Below, piece after piece: positions 35,418 to 47,582 of a stretch of DNA of 64,000 bases. Made by a program: the position numbers and the translations under genes. The stretch's first letter is position 1. Every line of letters begins with the position of its first letter. The notes under the pieces were generated by a model that was not told the DNA's origin, did not search any database, and saw only the letters and a program-made list of their open reading frames with translations. The stretch covers positions 18,191,142-18,255,141 of the forward strand of contig NC_068985.1 of the NCBI RefSeq assembly GCF_001194135.2, written 5' to 3'. Origin of the DNA: Octopus bimaculoides (lineage: Eukaryota).

Positions 35418-36644
35418 CAAAATAGCAACAGGATAGCAACAGGATAGCAAGAGGTATTGCAGTGCGACCGTTTCAAGTGACTCCATTTAATTGAACAATA
35501 CAATCATTACATCAGTTTAAATCCGGGGCTATCCTCAGCTGCATAAATAAGTAAAAAATTTTAATCAGTTGAACACATTAATATAATTTTACTTAAATTC
35601 TCTAATAGAGCAAGAAGAGGGGAAAAGTCCATGTTGCTACTAATGAAGCTCAAAATATACTACACTTCTAAAAACTTATGAAGTTTGTTAGGGCCATAGC
35701 TTGTAAAGGATTGTGATTCATTTTTAATTTATTAGTCTTTTTTATCAACTACCAAATCTAAGGCTAGAGGACAATGTCTGTTTAGAATGGATAGACGGAG
35801 TGAGTTGACAGTTTATAGTTGAGTATGGTCATAAATATTGTCGTGATTTTAAGAAATGTGTAAGTAATTGTCTATAAAGAAGGCTGTAGGGGAAAACCCT
35901 AAATCAAGATGTTAATTACCAGTTAAAGGGGCAAGACGCTAATAAAACCTAGGATGTTAATACAGAGGAAATTATCATGGGGTACAATGGATGATTGTAT
36001 ATAAACAATATTGTTATATTGTATGACGATAAAATTTAAGATTACGAAAAATGATATTATAACCAGAATAGATAAACTGTGTATATATAGCAATTTTCAA
36101 CATTAAAAAGGGAAGATTATATAGAATTAGTTTAATATTCATTCCTGTACTTAATTATTTACTTATAAGGTGGTTTTCTATAAAGATTGCTCTGGATATT
36201 TACTTATAGAATACTGGGGCAATAAATCATGCTCTCTTTATATTAATTGTAAGCTAAGAATCAGAAAAAAATCAGAAAAATAAGTTGTGCACAAATACGT
36301 ACTCATATTTAACTATGTGCACACAAGCAAATATACACAAATATTTGTAATTTATTATGGATATGCTATAATCAACTCTTCTAGACTTAAGTAACTAGAA
36401 AGTTTATATTTCTCTTTGAGAACATTAATAACTAGATTTAGGGTTTTTTTCCCTCTTCTTGCTCTATTAGTGAATTTAAGTAAAATTATATTAATGTGTC
36501 CAACTGATTAAAAAAATTTGTTTATTTAAGCAGCTGAGGATAGCCCTGCATTCAAATTCATGTAATGGTTGCATTGTTCAATTAAATGGAGTCGCATGAA
36601 ACGGTCGTACTGCATCACCTCTTGATATCCTGTTGCTTATTTTG
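35418..36644 (+). mobile_element. Putative decayed Penelope-like element with inverted terminal tail copies
   Basis: About 210-bp inverted arms (35418-35630 and 36441-36644). The right arm has GCAG-CTGAGGA...GAAAC-GGTC-GTA-CTGC. The interior is AT-rich and only weakly coding-like. Confidence 0.5.
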
Positions 36645-36698
<54 letters not shown>

Positions 36699-36699
36699 A

Positions 36700-36918
36700 C
36701 ACGAAGGAGTGCTGAGAAGTTCCTGGCTTTGGGTAAAAAAATATAGGAGGATCAGTGAATTATGATTTTATTCAACATATTCCCCTCTCAGATCCACACA
36801 CCTATTGCAGCGCTCCTTCAATTTGTCTAAACCCTGTGAAAGAACTCGGGAGGTTGAGCCTCCAGCCAGGCCTTTCACGATACCACTAAAGCCATGAGCT
36901 TTTCAACATCCCCTCGTA
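36700..36918. mobile_element. Mariner-derived MITE
   Basis: TIRs ACGAAGGAGTGCTGAGAAGTTCCTGGCTTT and AAAGCCATGAGCTTTTCAACATCCCCTCGTA. Confidence 0.75.
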
Positions 36919-37056
36919 TCCAGCTAGGGAGTTAATCCTACGACGAATCGACGCTTCGTTCAGGAGTGAGGGAGTATTGTAATCTGTCAGTCAGTCGCAC
37001 GCCATTCAAACCGGGTCTTATGAGTCTTAGGGCTCGTGACAGACTTAAGTCGTACG

Positions 37057-37087
<31 letters not shown>

Positions 37088-37329
37088 AAGAGGAGGAGGA
37101 GGATGCAGTTGTTGTTTATAAGTATGATGACGATGATGATGGTTCACAACTCAAGTCGTTCTGCTTCATTAGGTATAGACAAAAATGTAACTGGCCCAAT
37201 GAGTCAGAATGTCACGTGTGTTGCCGTCGGTGTTTCATAAATGTTTCATTGGTTTCTTTTTATTCTTAAATTTTTGAATAATTTTACCTTTTTCTTTTCT
37301 TTTTTTTTCTTTTTCTTTCATTCCCCCAG

Positions 37330-37487
37330 GATTCGCTGGTTTGGATAATATGGATGTCATGACCTCCGTTTTAGAGCATACTCGGCAAAAAGACACCTCC
37401 ATGGACTTAAGGAAAATACGAAATCATAACCCACCTCTACATTTGTCTCCGATGGATGTCCGCCGGCTGTTGGAAGCCGGCAAATAA
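37330..37487 (+). CDS. Prepro-neuropeptide, exon 3: mature peptide ending in an amidation signal (CRF/DH44/ELH-like)
   Basis: Long polypyrimidine tract ending CCCCCAG. Encodes (G)FAGLDNMDVMTSVLEHTRQKDTSMDLRKIRNHNPPLHLSPMDVRRLLEA-GK-stop. Confidence 0.82.
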
Positions 37488-37926
37488 GGATGATTACTTA
37501 ACATGATAGTGACAGAAATACTTGGCAAATGTTTAGAATATTTTCTTTTTCCTAGAGTCTCTCACTACAAATTGGAGGATCTGAAGCCACATTTTTTAAA
37601 TCTTCTCTCTGTATGAAATTTCATTCCATTACAATTTACTATGTACTAGCGTCTGATAGTAAACATATCAAAGCAAATATATTGAAACTTTTGCAATTTA
37701 TCCAAGGTTTAAAATTAAAATGTTCAAAGCAAATGTATGCTGTGTGTTTATTTTTATTATTATTTCATTCCATTTGTAATTCTGTGCTTTTCTTTGTTCA
37801 TTAATCAATCGTTTCAAACTTTTTGTTTTTGTATTGTATTTTGTATTTTCATANNNNNNNNNNNNNNNNNNNNNNNNNNNNNNNNNNNNNNNNNNNNNNN
37901 NNNNNNNNNNNNNNNNNNNNNNNNNN

Positions 37927-37957
<31 letters not shown>

Positions 37958-38574
37958 ACAGTGGTCCAGTGCTTCAATAAGTTTTATGAGTCAGAAAAAA
38001 TTAGGCTCTCGATTATTAGGTAAAAGAGTGGGTATATTATTATTTATAACATCCACTTAATTAATTAATTAATTAATTAATTATGTAATATTGTAGTCCT
38101 ATAACATCCAGTTATCAGCATATCACCAACTGGTGTCATGCTGATAACCTTCCAGAGGCGGGGTGGAACGTTTTCAGCATGAAAACTTTCGGTAACATTA
38201 ATTGGTTGTTATGATACTATGGTGTTGTATAAATAATGTGTGTTTGTGTGTATGTGTATACGTATACATATAAACTATATTATATAAATATTCCGGTATG
38301 TTGGAACTTGTCGGTCAGACTTGATGATGTTAGCACCTGTTAGAGCTGGCCTGAACATCTTTTTTGTGGAAAACTACCAGTTGCCCATAGCTGAAATCTC
38401 CCCATGTCATTGATGTTGCTAAAGAGAAAGGCCACCGCTTAAGGGTTTGTCCAGCTTGGCAGCAACGCTGTCGCAGGCGTTACCGTCAGAACGCAAAGGG
38501 CTGAAATAGACATTACAAGACATCTTGTCCGATGGTCTAACTGTTCCATCAATCTACTCCTTTGGGTTGATCCT

Positions 38575-38690
38575 TTATTTTACAACCCCTGAAGGATGAA
38601 AGGCAAAATGACCTCGGTGGGATTTGAACACAAGGTGCAGACAGTTACAATAAATACTGCAAGGATTCTATCCAACGCTCTAACGACGCG
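38575..38690 (-). mobile_element. V-domain-type SINE fragment
   Basis: GAAGGATGAAAGGCAAAATGACCTCGGTGGGATTTGAAC. Confidence 0.6.
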
Positions 38691-38711
38691 GGTAAAGCAA
38701 AAATAGTCTTT

Positions 38712-39160
38712 GCCTTTTATCTTTTACTTGCTGCCATCATTGGACTGCGGCTCCGTCCTGAGGGGCTTAGTCAAACAAACAGACCCCAGTACTAATTTTT
38801 TAAGGCAGGTACTTATTCTAGCTGTACTTTTGACGAAACGCTAAGTTACGTGGGCGTAAACTAACCAATACCGATTGTGGAACGGTTGTAGAGGACAAAC
38901 GCAAGCACAAAGACACACATATACACCCCCACACAGGTATATGTATATGTATACACACACGCACACACACATATTTATATGTATACATATATATACACAC
39001 ACACAACGTGTGGGGGGGGGCGGCAGTCTTCTTTCAGTTTTCGTCTACCAAATTCACTCACATGACATTGGTTGATCCGGGACTTTAGCAGAAGACACTC
39101 GCCCACAGTGGGACTGAACCCGGATCCACGTGGTTGCAAGCAAGCTTGTTCGCCATACAG
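38712..39160 (-). mobile_element. Full-length SINE family C with internal microsatellite
   Basis: Tail at 38712-38910, (CA/TA)n middle, head at 39025-39160. Confidence 0.75.
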
Positions 39161-39904
39161 ACAGTTTAGCATGCTATTAAACTTCAACGTCCAATAGGAA
39201 ATCGTTCGTGTTGTGAATGCGACAAATTTGACAAATATGAAGTTTCCATGTTGTTCAACAATGCTTTTACAACTAGCTACGTCATTTAACACCTGCTAAC
39301 AAATAAATTTCGTATTTGTTTCCATCCGAACCAGTTAAATTTGCTGCAAGAACAAGAAAAGCTGTAAAGAAAAGAAAATTTTGCTTGCAAATGTGAAAAT
39401 ATTAGACAATAGATCTTTTTCAAAATATGTATGAACAACTTATGATTTCGTTTCTTACGTTCTTAAGTGGTTCATTCATATTTTTCTGCATCAATAATGA
39501 CTGCAGTGTTTCTTCTAGATATTTTATTATCAAGATTCCTCTGTTATATATATATATATATATAAGAATGGTTTAAATAGCTTAAGTTTCACGCTTTAGC
39601 AAAACTTCAACTCACTCAACCCATCAATATTGCAAAAGAGATTCTTACGTTTACACGTAAGTGTCATTTATTCAAAATAAATAACAAATGAGCAGATAAA
39701 ATGACAAGCACAGACTATTGAATATATTTTGTTCATTTGATAGCTATTTCCATCGACCTTGCTGCTGTTGTTGCTGCTGCTGCTGCTGTTGTTTGCAGTG
39801 CTTCAAAACTATCAATATCAACCGTGTAGCCTGTCGTTGAGGTTTTTAAATGCCTAATAACGTAACTAAGAAGAAACATGAGAGATAATGCAATATAGTT
39901 CTCG

Positions 39905-40070
39905 TTGTGCGGCTAAGAAGTCAGCGCTTCGCATCCAAGTGGTTTCAGGTTCAGTCCCACTGCGCGACAATTTGCACAAGTATCTTTTTTGCTATAGCCC
40001 TGGGCCGACTAAAGCCTTGTGTATGAATTTCACTGATGGAAAAATGTGTGAAAGTCCATTGTGTATACTT
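39905..40070 (+). mobile_element. SINE family C head
   Basis: GGTTCAGTCCCACTGCGCGACAATTTGCACAAG...GGGCCGACTAAAGCCTTGTG. Confidence 0.65.
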
Positions 40071-40099
40071 GTGTGCGTGTGCATGTGTGAGTATACGTG

Positions 40100-40137
<38 letters not shown>

Positions 40138-40632
40138 CTTTATTACCCACAAGGGGCTACACACAGAGGGGACAAACAAGGACAAACAAACATATTNNNN
40201 NNNNNNNNNNNNNNNNNNNNNNNNNNNNNNNNNNNNNNNNNNNNNNNNNNNNNNNNNNNNNNNNNNNNNNNNNNNNNNNNNNNNNNNNNNNNNNNNNNNN
40301 NNNNNNNNNNNNNNNNNNNNNNNNNNNNNNNNNNNNNNNNNNNNNNNNNNNNNNNNNNNNNNNNNNNNNNNNNNNNNNNNNNNNNNNNNNNNNNNNNNNN
40401 NNNNNNNNNNNNNNNNNNNNNNNNNNNNNNNNNNNNNNNNNNNNNNNNNNNNNNNNNNNNNNNNNNNNNNNNNNNNNNNNNNNNNNNNNNNNNNNNNNNN
40501 NNNNNNNNNNNNNNNNNNNNNNNNNNNNNNNNNNNNNNNNNNNNNNNNNNNNNNNNNNNNNNNNNNNNNNNNNNNNNNNNNNNNNNNNNNNNNNNNNNNN
40601 NNNNNNNNNNNNNNNNNNNNNNNNNNNNNNNN

Positions 40633-40790
40633 GGGGGGCGACCCCTGTTGTACTCATTCGCCCCAACTTTCTCTCACTCTTTCTTCCTGTTTCTTGAGTA
40701 ACGCTGCGGTGGACTGGCGTCCCGTCCACCTGGAGGGAACACATACGCCATAGAAACCGGGCCCATGAGCCTGGCTAGGCTTTAAAAGGG
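40633..40790 (+). mobile_element. SINE family A 3' part
   Basis: CAACTTTCTCTCACTCTTTCTTCCTG...GGCGTCCCGTCCA...GAAACCGGGCCCATGAGC. Confidence 0.7.
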
Positions 40791-41131
40791 TCCATAAATA
40801 AATTTAAAAATTGCTTTGTTCAAGTTACAACAAAAGCAGCCCAGCACCGTCTGAAGCCACTTCTCTGCCAGTTCTTTGACACCCCCACCCCATGCTGATA
40901 CCAGTTTTAGTTGTTAGAGGCGAAGAACTCCTTCACTGAAGCTTCCACTTCCTCTTGGTTGATGAAGTGTCGCGAAGTGAGCGATAGATAGGAACAAGGT
41001 TGCTTTTGTTGACGAATGAAATAAATGGGTTACCAAAATATTTCAAAACTTTTGATTCAACACAATATATTTCATCAAGATCAAAGGACCGCACTGAGTA
41101 GCCTGAACACAAACAATATATGATATACTGA

Positions 41132-41278
41132 AGGCGGCGGGCTGGCAGAAACGTTAACACGCCAGGCGAAATGCTTAGCGGTATTTCGTCCGTCTTTACG
41201 TTCTGAGTTCAAATTCCGCCGAGGTCGACTTTGCCTTTCATCCTTTCGGAGTCGATAAATTAAGTGCCAGTTACGCAC
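41132..41278 (+). mobile_element. V-domain-type tRNA SINE (young-looking)
   Basis: GGCGGCGGGCTGGCAGAAACGTTAACACGCCAGGCG...GAGTTCAAATTCCGCCGAGGTCGACTTTGCCTTTCATCCTTTCGGAGTCGATAAATTAAGTGCCAG. Confidence 0.8.
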
Positions 41279-41592
41279 TTTGATGATTGCAACAATCACC
41301 AAAGAAACAGCTTCGTAAAATATCACACGGGACATGGTGCCACATCATTTTGTGCCACGAAAATGATGGTGTTCATACAGACCTTCTCGATGTGTGTCAG
41401 TGTCAATGAAAGTGAATATACTAAAGCCAGTTACATGTGTTTCATATTATTATATTGTTCCTCTATTGTTCTTATTACTTTTCGGTAAGGAGTGACAAGA
41501 CAATCGGACCACCCTATACATACACACTTAGATGTTTGCAGACATGCATATATAAACGTGTATATGCAGTTACGCGTGCATGCACACACACA

Positions 41593-41634
<42 letters not shown>

Positions 41635-41848
41635 GTCTCTCTCTCTCCAGATATATAAACACAATTTCATTCATTTATGTAGCACGTGTGCAGGCATACA
41701 ATATAGAAAATATAAGATTATTTTTTTTTTATGATTTCGAGCAAAAATCGGTTCGTAAATAAAACCAGGCAATATGAAGTGTCGAAAATAAAAACATACC
41801 AATTAGAAGGCAAAATTGCTATGAAGAAAGAAGGAAGGAAAGAGTTCA

Positions 41849-41889
<41 letters not shown>

Positions 41890-43194
41890 TGTGTGTGTAC
41901 ATGTATGTATGTGTGTATGTATGTATGTAAATTGCGACGTGAATTCTTCAATACTGTAGGTAGGAAAGTAAACTAAACCAAATTCAGTATTTCATAAGGC
42001 AACATTGATTCACGACAAAGAATGGATTGTAATCAACTTATACAAACTTTAAACCACTTTAATGCATAATTATGCATTTAGGTGATTTATAATGAGTTAA
42101 AACTTATTTCGGTGGGTGTCTATGTAAACATATTATTGAGGTCTTAGATTCAAGCCAATGGAATCTTGATACAACTTAAGCATTCTCTGAGTTAATCAGA
42201 AATGGAAATAGATCTAGATATAAATCTGCCATGGCGATAGGGTATGTGATCCAGGATATACCTAGCAACATTGTATATGTGTTCGATCGTTTCTCTTAGA
42301 AACCAAATGTACCTCGATAAGACAGTCGCAAAATATTTTTAACGGTTACAAAAAAAAGAAAAAAGGAAAATGTCTATGTTTGTAGATTCGCGTTTAAAAT
42401 TTTGCTCAGTTAATCCAATTTAAAATTTCAGTTCGGGGTTGTTGCTCAAATGTAGTTTTGCGTAAAATAATAAAAATTGTAAGAACTTCGTAATAAGTAA
42501 GCAAAACAAATCAAATATGTGAATTCTATTGCATATTACTTCTCATAATTCCTTAATTTCAAATTCAAATTTCTAACCCCACCTCTTTTTATGAAGAAAT
42601 AATTATCTCCCTTCTAATAGCTGCCATCGCTAGGGAAACCACATGATATACCAACTTCAAGCAGGTAGTTATTTGTGTCAGCACAGTTACAAATAAGTGC
42701 GGGGTTTAGATTCGAGTTGTTTGTGGCATTTTTTTTAGCATTGTGACAGTCTTCTGAATGTGGTTATGAAGATTTATATGCAGAGTAACTGACTTAAATA
42801 ATATTCCCTTTTGAGGATCATATAATATCTGTGGTTCTTCGGGAAATGGCAAGAGAGTAATTTAAAAAGCTTCATTGTTATTTTACCTTTTTACAGCTAA
42901 GTTGAAAACAGGATTGTCCTATAATGTTTTGCGTTTTCTCCCCGCCAAGTCTTGGTATATTAATTTGCACCATGTATCATATCTTCTCAAAGAATCCACT
43001 ATCTTTTAGTGCTATATCATAACGCTGAGGAGATATTTTTAAATGTGATTTCATATGCAGACAATAAAGTATCCGATTACTGATATTAAAGACTAAGTTA
43101 AATGGCAAAAATATATAAACAACGGTAATAATAAATACTACGACTAGTAGCAAACCAATACCACATGGAAATAATAACAAACCTGACTTCGGTG

Positions 43195-44400
43195 GGAATT
43201 TTATCAATTTGAATTTATCAAAATCTTTCGATATCGGTAACCATCGTTACTTGGTGGCTGCCGTCAGACAGTCGATTTCGGTTCCGTTTCTAGAGACTGC
43301 TGCTTCAATGTATAGCGGAATCTGCTCAATGGTCAGAGTAAACGGTCATTTATCAGAACTATTTCGAATCATCCGTGCGGTCTGTCAAGAGCGTACTCTG
43401 TTACTTCTGCTGTATATACTGTCTCTTGTTTTCCTTCCGTGGAAACTGGAGATTATGAGGAGCATTTGTGCAAGTTTGGTCGCGAAAGAGCTGTAATGGT
43501 ATTGGACAGCAGAGAAGTCAAAGTTTACGGTATTGTACATGTGACGGTGACAGAAACAAAGATCAACCAAGATAAGTCGGTAGGCTTGCAGTTTGCCATC
43601 TGGACAAGAAAATTCATTCATGCTCTCGGCTTTCGCTGTGGGTTGCCAGGCTGATGAACTGGTTAAGTTGCTTAGCTCTAGTTCAGTCCGGACTGCTACG
43701 GACTGGAACGTGGTAACGGCAGAGTGGCCAGCCTCAGCCGGAGTAAGCTATAATTAGAAGGCTGAGCAAAGGTAGTGAACAAGAACATCGTTTCCGTTAT
43801 ATATCACAACCTGACTATCATACCTTGCACTTGTTTCCATATGATCAGCTTAGAGCGTCTACCCTTACATATTTTATAAAAGAGATACGTTTCACAGGTC
43901 AGGCGGTCGATCTGCCAACAATTCCCACAGCATTCTGTGACTAATGATTCGTTGACATGCACTGAGGCTAAGACATCTGAAGAGATTTCTAGATGGTGAG
44001 CAAGTTTAATTGCTGTTTGTCATGTACCTTTTCCTACACTGCATCTGTTTGATGGAGCTCCAGTCCTACATCAAACGATAACAAATATTTCTATAAAAGT
44101 CTAGAGAAGAGCGACGATGTTCTTGGGTAAGATCTAGACATCGACGACAATCAACTGATTCGCCTGTTCCGGAGACCTTTCGACCTGAAGACTATGGATA
44201 ACGTCCGTTAATCCATGGTCTGTTAGTGATACAGGAGTGGAGGTATTCCAAGTTCGAGATAAACTGCACAGGCTCAGAAATGCCGTTAATGCGCGCAGAG
44301 CGACGAAATTGTTCTCCACGCACTAATTTAAAGCCCGAGCGTTGTTGACTTGTGCAAATAAGTCGATCAGTAGTTGTTTGGCTGAGTCCTTGGTGAGATC
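43195..44400 (+). mobile_element. Decayed Tx1/L1-clade LINE remnants
   Basis: NLSKSFDIGNHRYL...MYSGICSMVRVNGHLSELFRIIRAVCQ matches the Tx1 RT, and VFQVRDKLHRL matches the C-terminal zinc-knuckle region. It has large deletions. Confidence 0.7.
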
Positions 44401-45065
44401 CCCACTACCTTCTTTTAGCCGTAAAGGCCATGAAGTTTTCGTCTTTCTAATGGTTATGATGAAAATAAATTGCATGGTAGACACTGGTGTTTTGAAGAGA
44501 ACGGGTGTATTTAAGCAATTCCGTGAGAGTTGAATTGTTGAATTTATTTAATGGGGGGAAATCATTTCTGGAATTATTGCACTTTGGAACATTTAAGTAT
44601 GTTGCTAGTACTTTCTCATATAACATTTAATGAAACAACTACAATAAAAAAAATCTTACTCAAAACTACGAAATGTTAATCAAAACGAACCATTGTAAAT
44701 ACTAACCTAGTTAAGGTTGCAATCAAAAATCGTTTAACTAATTATACTGAAATTATATTACAGCAAAAATAAGGATTTCAATTATTTTCAAAGCACTTAA
44801 ATCAAATTAACATTTGTAACTTTCATAAAATACGAAAAATATAATCTTTTAGTGGTGCTTTCAAGGTTTTCCAGAGAAAATATGAACGCTGTATTTTTGG
44901 GTGACATTAAAAATCGATTTAATCAATTTAAGTACATTTAAGTTATTTTAATGAGATTCCAGGTGCAGGTTACTATTCGTTTTAGAATATATTGTTTGAT
45001 ACACAACATTGATTCTTTTGAAGTGTATTTCAGAATATTCTTAAATCAATATATGGGCACCACTG

Positions 45066-45067
<2 letters not shown>

Positions 45068-45152
<85 letters not shown>
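45068..45152. repeat. (AGT)n microsatellite
   Basis: Direct reading. Confidence 0.95.
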
Positions 45153-45423
45153 ATATGAACTTTAGTTAAGATAAGTGTGCAAAGGTAGCACTTGAGAAAG
45201 GTAGAGTTACTCTCACATCTCCCATTGATTTTCACATATCAACCACCATAAGAGATCTTGAACAAGGGAAACATAGCAGTACCTTGATATCAACCAAGGT
45301 GAACACTCCCAGATGAAAGAAAATATTGAAAAGATAACTACAGAAGAATAAGGCTTATCCTTAAAATGGAGCTTAATTCACAAAACCGATTTAAGGCAAT
45401 AAATAATCTGGCGATACCAATTC

Positions 45424-45552
45424 TTTTACTCTTTTACTTGTTTCAGTCATTTGACTGTGGCCATGCTAGAGCACCGCCTTTATAGTCGATCAAATCGACC
45501 CTAGGACTTATTCTTTGTAAGCCTAGTACTTATTCTATCGGTCTCTTTTGTT
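45424..45552 (-). mobile_element. SINE family C tail
   Basis: CTTTTACTCTTTTACTTGTTTCAGTCATTTGACTGTGGCCATGC...CTATCGGTCTCTTTTG. Confidence 0.75.
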
Positions 45553-45554
45553 AA

Positions 45555-45690
45555 ACATAGCTTCAACATAACTAATTGGATCTTCCAAGACACCAAAAGG
45601 ACGGGTGTGAAAACCAGAAAACTCCTCACGTCTCACAAATCTGCACCATCCTAAAACTGACATTGAGCGTCTATATTTTCCATGGCTCTC
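45555..45690 (+). mobile_element. R4/Dong-clade LINE internal fragment
   Basis: SFNITNW...VKTRKLLT...HHPKTDIERLY matches the R4/Dong motif LDRKTRKLLT...LHPKADVDRLY. Confidence 0.6.
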
Positions 45691-46807
45691 CCCATGGACA
45701 ACAAATTTCACAGAAGGAAGCGGAGGAAGAGGAGGTGGAACAACAAGATACGCTGCAAGCCGTGATTTTCACCCATAACTCCATCAGAAATTGTGGGCTC
45801 AAAGTATATAAGATAAGGGGTAATCTTCAAGTTTAGGGGGGTAAAAAAAGTAAATAAAAATATTCAAGGGAAATAACTGAACGACTTACCAAGGTAGTGC
45901 GGAGTACACTATTCTCGAGGGAACAAATATCTATACAGGAGGGTCATGGCTGGTATATCTATAAAGAAAGTGCTTTTTCCAACGACTTAGTTATTTAATT
46001 GTGGATTTCACCAGGGAGACAAGAGGGAAATAACACGATAAATAATGAGAGGGAGTGAAAGAGAGGATGAAAGAGTGGCTGAAAGAGAGGATGAAAATAT
46101 ATGACGATGTGTTATCTTTTCAACTTCGCCAGGTGGAGAGGTTCTAATGGGGAGATTATCTTGTATTATCCTGTGTTAATTCACATTTGGCAACCGACCC
46201 AGAATGCTTTTAAGATGATTTTTAACTGTACTGAGTTGTGTGTGTGCGCGTGTGTGAGTGTGTGCCTGGAGGAGGGCTCGTATGTTTGTATGTGTAGTTG
46301 TGTACCTGTGTGGGGCGTGCATGTAGACGTGTGTGTGCGTGTGCGTGTGCGTGTGCGTGTGCGTGTATGTGCATGTATGTGTGTATGTAACATGTATGTG
46401 TGTATGTAACATGTATGTGTGTATGTAACATGTATGTGTGTGTACGTGCATTATGAGTGTATGCCTGTGCATATCTGAGTGTGTGTACATGCATGTATCT
46501 GTGTATATTTCTGTGTATCCATATGTGTATGTGTATACCTATGAGTGCATGATATGTCTGTGTAAATTTGTCTGTGTAAATTTCTGACTGACGGCCTGCC
46601 GGCCTGTCTGGCTGTCTGGCTGTCTGGCTGTCTGTCTGTCTGTATGTATGTATGTATGTATGTGGGTATCTATACATGTGACAATTATGTGTTCTCTGGA
46701 TCTTCTCTGCCATTTTTAATTTGATGGGAAGGGTGGACCTACAATGTTTCTAAATTCAAACATACACAGATATATGTTTACACACAAACACACAGATACA
46801 TAGACAC

Positions 46808-46950
46808 GGGCGTGGCTGTGTGCTAAAAACTTTGCTTTCCAACCACATGGTTCCAAGTTTAGTCCCACTGTGTGGCACCTTGTGACACATCTTCTACTAC
46901 AGCGTCGGGCAGACCAAAGCTTTGTGAGTGGATTTAGTAAACGAATTAAA
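46808..46950 (+). mobile_element. SINE family C head
   Basis: GGGCGTGGCTGTGTGCTAAAAAC...AGTCCCACTGTGTGGCACCTTG. Confidence 0.7.
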
Positions 46951-47294
46951 AATTGCCTGACACGTTTGTCTTTCCTCCTTCCACCACTCTTACTATGTCT
47001 GCCTCCCTCCAGTCCCCGCGCTAACCACTGCGCCCAGACCTTCCCAGAACGTCAGCCCTCTCTAAAACTTTCTCTCAGCTCATGTCCAACCGAAACTTCA
47101 ATTGCCTCCGTCAAACCAGTCTAAAAATATGGCCTGCGAAGACCATGGGCACTGTCCCTTCCTCCAAACAAATGTACCTTTGACGCAATTCTTCAGCCAA
47201 AACAGTGTGACGCTAGGTGTCAAAGCTGCGCCGTTGAAAGTCAATTACAATTCAGATAGACAGTTAGTGATTGAATACCTACCCCAGATCTGGA

Positions 47295-47440
47295 CTGGGG
47301 TATATTCTTATTATTTGTCGACTCCGAAATGATAAAAGGTGAAACTGAAGTTGGCACGAATTGAACTCAGGGAGCAAAGAATAGGAACGAAAACAGCCAA
47401 ACGTGTATCGGAAACACGATTCTACCAATTCGCCGCCATT
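47295..47440 (-). mobile_element. V-domain-type SINE (degraded)
   Basis: Reverse complement reads GGCGGCGAATTGGTAGAATCGTG...CTTTTATCATTTCGGAGTCGACAAATAA. Confidence 0.55.
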
Positions 47441-47582
47441 TTCTGAATTAAGTACGGCATAAACAATAAGAGGATTATGACGTATCAATAGATGCTAACT
47501 GAACTTTTTCTTCTTTTCTTTTTCACTTTTCTCTTCTCTTAGCTATCCAATTGATGCGAAAATCAAATTCTTATCGATATTA

